Of a stretch of DNA of 39,352 bases, positions 31,881-39,352 are shown piece by piece (positions within the stretch are counted from its first letter, which is position 1; each line of letters opens with the position of its first letter). This DNA comes from Catajapyx aquilonaris. Its lineage: Eukaryota. Below the pieces are notes generated by a model that searched no databases, was not told the DNA's origin, and worked only from the letters and a program-made list of their open reading frames with translations. Where the stretch lies: NCBI GenBank assembly GCA_000934665.2, contig KZ538952.1, positions 1-39,352 on the forward strand. Reading direction: 5' to 3'. The position numbers and the translations under genes were made by a program.

Positions 31881-34800
31881 TATTTATTTTTTAACGCGAA
31901 AGAGAAGCAACAATCGGCTTATCTCATTACTGTTGTTTGATTTCCAGCTTTACAAACTGGTTTTAGACAAAAAAGGCCTAGCACCTTTACAAGAAGTAGA
32001 CTCGACTACTTCGGTTCATACCAATACAGAACAAAGAGGAAACAAACTTGAGAGATAAACAGGCTGCCTCTCGGGATGCAATAATTGCGCGGATGATACT
32101 TTTATTTGTTTGACTGCTTCCAAGCTGAAGGAAAGTATATTTCATGATAATTATCACCACGATTATTGAATGCTGCCAGCACGTTCACTGCAATATGTTG
32201 CAATTATTAACAGAGAGATCCGAGCAGAGATCTCCCAATTACATACACGAATGTCCACCATGTTCACCATTTTGAAGAACTGCCATTATATTGACTCTCT
32301 TATGGAAGACCATTTTTCGCAGCATCCAACACACCCAGGGTATAAAAGCGGATTTGGAAAACCTACATCACCTCTTAAGCCTCACACTATCATGTTGGAA
32401 GTCTTAACAACGATGCGACGAATCATCCAGATGTGGCTTGCTGTAAATTTATTGTAAAAAGTAGTTTAGTGGATTCCATTCAAAATGTCTGATCTTATTT
32501 TTTTAAATGGAAGAGCAGGTCTTGATACTGTGGAAATCTGCTGAAATCACTTGCTGAAATGTAGCCAACCCGCCATTACGGGCCTCCTGGGCGAAAACTG
32601 GCGTGGCGCCATATCTGAATTTGAAGAGTATGGTCTCAGGGAACTTTGTACCAAATTTCATACTCTTCTCACCAAATGCACAGTTGACACATTATTCGTC
32701 CCGTAACGTACTGACTATTCCAAGAAAAATTTGCAAACCCCAGCTTGGAAACCTGGATTGAGATAAAACCCGCCATTCCAAGCACCGACATGATTTGACC
32801 TTCCCCAGCCCTTGTGACAATTCGAAGAGTCTCGCATTGTTCCCAATTTGGGCTTTCTTTGCAAAGGTATATTCATTTTTGTATACACCTGCAGTGCAAA
32901 TGCTGTAATAAGCCTGCCACCTTGACCAACACTTCCCAGGAAAGACTACGACAAAACACATAAGAAAAGTAATGCATTGCGTTAAAATAAAAATTATCCT
33001 GCAAAGAGGTCCCGCAGACCTACTACGATGTCCGATTGATCAGGCAGGGAAGAAGATCTTCCCCTTAAAACACCCTACTACAGACTAAGTTTCTGCAGTA
33101 GTTCTGACCCACAGCCTTCAACTCGCTTGTGGGGAAATGCATAGGCAACTGGCCACATTTCCTCTTCCACCCTACCCTGTGAAAGAGAGACGAGTAGAGA
33201 TGGTCTTCGGGCAAAAGTTCATGACGCAGCACCATCAACAATGTACAGTACTTGCAGGAAGAGAGAAAAGTGCCTACGTCGATAATATTTTACAAATATT
33301 TTTGATACATTACGATAATGCAGTTTTTTAGGCACACGCCTGCCTCGTACTGTCTGAAAACCTGCACACGAGTAGGATCAGATGCATACCACTCCTTGCG
33401 GAAGTCCAGTGCCCAATTAAGAAACCACAAAGTCCGCTGGATATTATTTGGTGTGGAGAACAACATGCCACATCCTATCTAATTAAAAAAACGAAAGAAA
33501 TTATCCAAGCATCTATAAAAATTTTAGCACACTTGTTGGCACAAAGATTGGTGACACATCTGATCTTTTCAGACTTGGAAGTTTTCTTGGAGAAACAGAT
33601 ATGACGAAAGGGATAATACGTGGTATGTGACCTCTGACAATGGTATTGTTCAAGGTTTTACAATAGTTGCTGCACCTAATTTTCACAGGGACATAGTGAC
33701 ATAATATTGTGGACCTTGCATTTTACAAGACACGATCAACGTACAATACGACAAAACGACAGCCAGGCTTCACTATGCACATTGCAAAACTATGAAGCAA
33801 AAATCACTGACAATGTACAAAAATCACCATCACCTGGGACAAATCGTCATCCATCCCTGGGTTCACCCAGAAGAGACTAGAATTCCGCGAATGGCATATT
33901 GAATTTTACAACATTCAAGGAGATTCCCCGAATGATAACACTCACTTCGACGACACAATGTTTGGTAGAAACTGTACATACTACCCGTGAGTGTAAGTGA
34001 TGTATGTGGGTACACACTACTTACTGTGACCAAAGTCTATTACAGACTTGTCTCACTCTATATAGTGTGATTTAGTTGTAATAATTTATTATTATAATAA
34101 TTAATAATCCTGCTTCAGGACACCAGTTGGGAAAAAAAGAATAAATTGAAATCACCAGAGTTGCTTTTGTCAGGAACATTGGTCCACATTTTGCTGCTAC
34201 CCTGTACCACTCACTCTGCCGACAAAATTCTCGACGAGTACATGCTGTCCATGAGGATATGGAAACGGGGGGTTTACAAGGACGTACAGTAACTTACGTT
34301 ACCATCAGAATAATGACAAACTTTGCAAAGTCAAACAGCTACCATTTATACAACCTGATACATCTGATAATTATGCTAATTTTAAATTCCGGAAATCCCC
34401 ATCAAATATTACACATTCAAAGATGATTCCATTACATGGAAATTAGATGAGGATTGATTACAAACCCTTGCGACTTTTGCATCACGAACCTCTAATAATG
34501 CCAAAAAACTGTTCGACAAGTTTTTACTAAATTCATAAATGGATATACTCAATTAAGTTCCGGAAATCTCCATAACGCATTATGCACTTATGGAATAAAA
34601 TGACTTCTTTGCATGTGCACTTGGAGACGAATTGTATCGTAACCTTAGTAACAGAGATAGACCCTTGGGGCTTGAATAGTCATTTGTGAAATCCAAGGTC
34701 CCCCTATATCAGGTAAGAACCTCTAGTGAAGTCCAATAAAATTTTAAACATAGCTAGGCCTATAATTATATTAAAATATTAAAGAGGAATCATTTTTCTG

Positions 34801-37800
34801 ACACAAAATGTTTCACAAAAAATGATCTGGAGGAGGAGCAGTATAATCGAAAGAAGACGAGGGCGAACAGCACCGAATTCCAGCAACAACCAGACCCGCA
34901 ACGCATACTAACTGAAATTGTACTTTATTGTACACATTATTTGGCGAGTACTGTACATATAACTACAGAAGTGTAAGTGACTGCAGGTATGGACGGGCCA
35001 TACACTACCTACAAAGTGTAATTAGATGCATAATGCAGGAATGGGAAACAGCTGATGCGGTTCAGACCTAGGCCACCCAGTGGCGAAGTTTAGAATATGG
35101 AGTCGGAAATAAAACTTACATGTAGGTGTATGAGATAGTCGCATTTCAATGGCTAACGATGATAATTATTTTCTGCTCCATAAATTGAAGAGAGACCGGA
35201 TAATGCAGTGGCATATTATATTACTTCAACTACACACATAAGCCTACGGGTGTGCAAGAAGTAATTCAACCCAATGCTTACCAGCTGTGATCAAGGTCCA
35301 TGGATCGTTCAAAAAATTATCGCTAATATGTAATGCTTTCATTCACATTAAATACTATATGGACTATATGAAATATTAGTTTACTATAATATTTACTCTT
35401 GTCTAATCATAAGCAAGAGTGCTGTACAAGTCACAAACTGCGAAATCTCGATCCTTATGCATCATTAACCTAGCATGAAAGATTTTAAAGGGCCAAGGGC
35501 AAGAAAATCTCTGACTCCAACGGTAAGTACCCCGGTTACGAATCTCAGAAATGGTACAAAGAAAGTTACTGACACAGTTGAGCACCTTGCATTTAGATGT
35601 TAATGTCCGGAGATAATGATCCTAGCTTATTACCTCTCACTGCGACAGTGTGTTGGATATCTCCTTGTATATTCTTATAGGAATAACCCAACATGGAGGA
35701 TCTCATCTGATCAAACATAATTATTATAAGACCTTTACAAATTAGTGCATGAGAAGTACAGTATTGATGTGCACCTTGCTGTGAGTAAAGGTGACAAATA
35801 CGATCCCAAACAACACTATCGGCTTATCTCATAACTATTGTATGATTTCCAGCCTTATACAAATTGGTATAATTAATGACATGCGCAATTATTAAATTGT
35901 AGCACTGTCGTTGTCATCTGTTGCATTCACTCATTATTAACACAGAGATCATAGCATAGATCCCATAGTCACATGAATCCATTCTAGTCCTTTCACCATT
36001 TTGAAGACCCTTAACTGTCTTATATGGAAGACCATTTTCCGACGCATTCAACAACACAGCGATCGAAATTGCAAAACCTAGATCGCACCTCAGAGTTTGT
36101 TAAATAATTATGGGACCAATTGAAGTATCAACAAATTGAAACATCAACCTCCACCAAGGATGAAAAGGTACTGTCGCCTAAAACATTCGTTGCTATTGTG
36201 GCTAGCAAACGATTACTACTGGAGGAAAAAAGAGAAAAGGAATGGTTAGGCGGCCGATGAGATTCAGGGGAAGCCTGAGATATGATGGCGGTCAGCCTGC
36301 CGCCTCACAGGGGAATATTGGAAATGTCCAAAGAAAGACGAAGGAGACGATGCAAAGGGGGGAAGACTGGAGATGCCTTTCGCCGCAATGCCGATTATTA
36401 TTTATCGGAGGTGAGCCCGAGAGATATGCAACACAATATTAGGCGAAGTTACATATTATAATATGTACCTTCTAGAAATGGAAGCGGCCCAGCCTCAACA
36501 ATGGAAAGTTAAACTACCAGCTTCTCATAGCCTGTGCCATCAGGGCAACTAATTGCAGGAGAGACATAACAAGAGGTCAGATTGTGCTGGATATGATGGC
36601 CAGATGTGAACCACGAACCCTGGCTGCCAACCAGATGAAAAGGTAACTCTCAGCCTCCCTGAGCCGAAATGTTGGAATAGGACATCTAAAAAAAACAGAT
36701 ACCGGTAGCTATAATTTCCAGAGCACTACCGTATAATATTGACCAACACATTTTTGACAAACAAATTATGGAGGAATTGTATTGTTGCAGTGTCACAACA
36801 CCCCTTGCAACACATGCTTAGGAATACACCAGCAACATTAGAAGATGGGTGTCCATAGGCCGGAGCCGAGAGGCGCTATTCGCATGGGTTAAAAATACTT
36901 CATTCTGTGCCGAAAGAAATAAAATCAGTTTATGCAGTTCTATATTGCAAGTTTCTATATATTTTCTGAATCTACTCGACGAGCTGAGTTGAATGACACT
37001 ATTCATAAAGTGAGGAAACGTTCAGGTTGTCGACTGTTACTGAAGACTGTTGGCTACAATGTTGTTGTGCGGTTGGAACAGATGCAAAAATTTCGCCATG
37101 AATGATTTCGGATGCGGATATATCATATCGGATGTCTCGTTGTCACCCCCATAATTTCAAGTGCATAGAGCAACGAAGTAGCCAACTGCATGTGAAAGGG
37201 GTCGCTTATAATAATTATACAGATTTAGATAATTATACAGTTGTTGAAGGAGTGTGGTTGAAAGTTGATTGTGCGATGTCAATCAAAATGTATTTTGTCG
37301 CCCTGATATGGAATGCTATGATTGATTCCTGCATGTTTAGCAACTCTGTATGTGGAGATGGGCAGAAATGTGTAGAATAAAGTCATACTAATATAATGGC
37401 ATATTTAATGACACATAATGGCTTTTACATTAATACACAACCCTTAAAACAACACTGTAGCACTTTAAATAATTTAAATTTAAAAAAATATGACGCAAGG
37501 AAACGAAGGGCAATGGTCAATGACGCTAGGTACAACGTATCCCATATTACCGGCACCATAATGAATAAGTAGCTGGTGTTAAAATATTTTACATGACAAA
37601 TCTGAGAATGTTAATGCAGAAAGTACCCAGAGAACGAAGCATGTACTAAACTCATATGGACTTGAAACTACGACTTGTGCGCAAAAATTGTACTTTTGCG
37701 TGCGTTGGAACGCCGCGCCGTTTCTGCGTGCGTGTTGACATTGGTTGCCCGTGGTTGCCATTCACCGCGCGCATCTGTTGGCGCCTTGTGCGTGCGTCGT

Positions 37801-38537
37801 CGATCTATTCCAGGTAGATCCTACGCGCAAGCACATGCCACAAGCACGACCGGTATCCAATCACACTCCTCGACGTGAGTGGCGCTGCATCTCTTTGATC
37901 TGCAGCCATGCACTATTTCCCATTAACTTCACGTGTTTTGTACTTTCTTGTACTTGTGGCGGCTGGGTTGGACCATGGTCGGCACTTTGCTGCTGCCGGC
38001 ATTGTTGCCACAGAACTAATGACACATTATTTGGCGAGTAATACTACACATGTGTGTGAATTATGCCCCCAGGTATGCACGGGCATAGAGTACAAACTAA
38101 GTGTAATTAAATGCATATTGCAGGAATTAGGGACAGCGGGCAGCCATAGGCATCATCCGTCTACAGGCTACGTACGCCACCAAGTGGCGAAGTTTAAAAT
38201 AGGGGTCGGAAATGAAAGTTATATGATAAAGTTGTTGCATTTCAAAGGCCATGTTCTTTTCTGATCCAGGGAGACCAAATAAGCGCAGTGACATCATTTA
38301 CACATAAGCCTACGGATGTGCAAGAAATAAGTAGGCTTTAATTTATCCCAATGGTACTCTGTAGTCTTCTTACCAGCTGTGAGTAAGGACCATGTATCCT
38401 ACATTGTTAAAATTTCCAATATGCACTGTAATGTTATGCAGCTACATGTACGACGTAGACTTTCATTCACAATAAAAAAAACTCCATATATGACATATGA
38501 ATCTGATATTTAATCTTCTCCAACTTTATGCTGGGAC

Positions 38538-38620
38538 TACTACATCGCTCAAAAAGATGGGAGACGATGTTGCATTTGGTTTCAATGCAAAATCGTCTCT
38601 ATGTTTTTGAAAATATAGTA
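38538..38620. mobile_element. ~80-bp hairpin MITE (TA-flanked), copy 2
   Basis: TACTACATCGCTCAAAAAGATGGGAGACGATG...AATCGTCTCTATGTTTTTGAAAATATAGTA, homologous to 25173-25250. Confidence 0.65.
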
Positions 38621-39244
38621 CATACTACTCACGAGTGTGAATAACACCTGTGAGTACACAAACTAAGATAATAATCTTGATTCTGTAGGCTACACCAGTT
38701 GGGAAAAATGGTATGGAAATCATCAGAATTATTGCTTTTTCAAGACGAACCCTATACCATATTTTCATGAGTCGGTCCATGAATTACAGTGTACACATTG
38801 ATTCATAAGGATTCATAGCGTAATGTGTTTCCTGGAAAAACCCTTTGTTTTTCACCCTCTTACATGAGCATCATACCACATCAAAACAATACTGCATTTT
38901 GGGTCTCTCACAAATGTGCGATGCTGCATCGTGGAAACGATTACTCTCTCCATGATATGACACGTATGCATCAACGCATTTTATTGACAAACGTGACTAT
39001 TAAATGTGACCATATATCCGTAAATGATGACAAAAACCTAAATGACACAACGACGTATCACATATTTTTGTACCCAAAAATCTGGGCTTTCCTGAGCAGA
39101 CGTCGCTTAATTTTTACTCATGTCCTGAATTGGAATATTTAGAAATAAGCCTGCAACGCGTACCGATATTTCTCAGAAAATACCTTCCGAGAAACTTAAT
39201 GCGTAGAGTAGCAATAAAATTACCCTCCCAAGAGGTATAAAACG

Positions 39245-39329
39245 ATGAATTGTCTATGACGTCCGGATGATCAGGTGGGAGAACTCTCCTTCTCACCATT
39301 AGGCCCTGACAATGGGCAGCTCCCGACAA
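39245..39329 (-). pseudogene. Possible TPR (kinesin-light-chain/TPR_12-type) repeat fragment
   Basis: GLMVRRRVLPPDHPDV matches the ALxIRRxxLPPDHPD pattern. Short and at the window edge. Confidence 0.4.
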
Positions 39330-39352
39330 AATAATGAAACGTTACAACACAA

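Larger units (their letters stand above)
30780..38800 (+). pseudogene. Cluster of heavily decayed, mutually similar coding remnants, probably fibronectin type III repeat (receptor-ectodomain-like) paralogues
   Basis: Diverged direct repeats: 30870-30980 / 31220-31465 / 31945-32200; 32200-32380 / 35930-36090; 34930-35310 / 38020-38400; 33970-34180 / 38618-38750; 34380-34460 / 34550-34635. FN3-like peptides after frameshift repair: TTRPLIWNP, KITITWDK, WRKKEKRNG, IPIKYYTF, LKTCTx-RIRCIP, CTYY-VSV, YMI-VVAF. Confidence 0.4.

Noticed and set aside
32460..32710. Non-autonomous DNA/Helentron-like element (ACCAAATTTCAT...CACCAAATGCACA)
   Set aside because: It looks repeat-like, but no termini or TSD could be defined from this window alone.

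Overview
Eukaryotic, transposon-dense window. It is probably from an arthropod or other invertebrate, given the short 63-64 nt GT-AG introns, the TTAGG-like tracts and the TE families present. It has two N-gaps (873-906, 15143-15261) and no intact ordinary host gene. The sequence is a patchwork of decayed mobile-element fragments. These include a 5'-truncated Gypsy element (integrase, PPT and 3' LTR, with a tRNA-SINE and a (CA)n-embedded element nested in it) and Tc1, hAT, Sailor-like (long D-E spacing), Academ-like and Harbinger-MADF remnants. There are also several MITEs with clean TIRs/TSDs and a 3'-truncated R1-clade non-LTR element. Host-derived remnants are an intron-containing importin-alpha pseudogene and a heavily eroded cluster of probable FN3-repeat paralogues. 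Two observations stand out. (1) Orientation bias: every recognised fragment left of ~4310 is on the minus strand, and 14 recognisable fragments from 4.3 to 30 kb are on the plus strand, many fused end to end. This is the layout expected of a flamenco-like unistrand piRNA cluster. (2) Two distantly related LTR elements appear to carry only a retropepsin ORF, and one ORF is intact but has a dead active site (DSG->SPG). All calls come from reading and translating by eye; no database searches were run.
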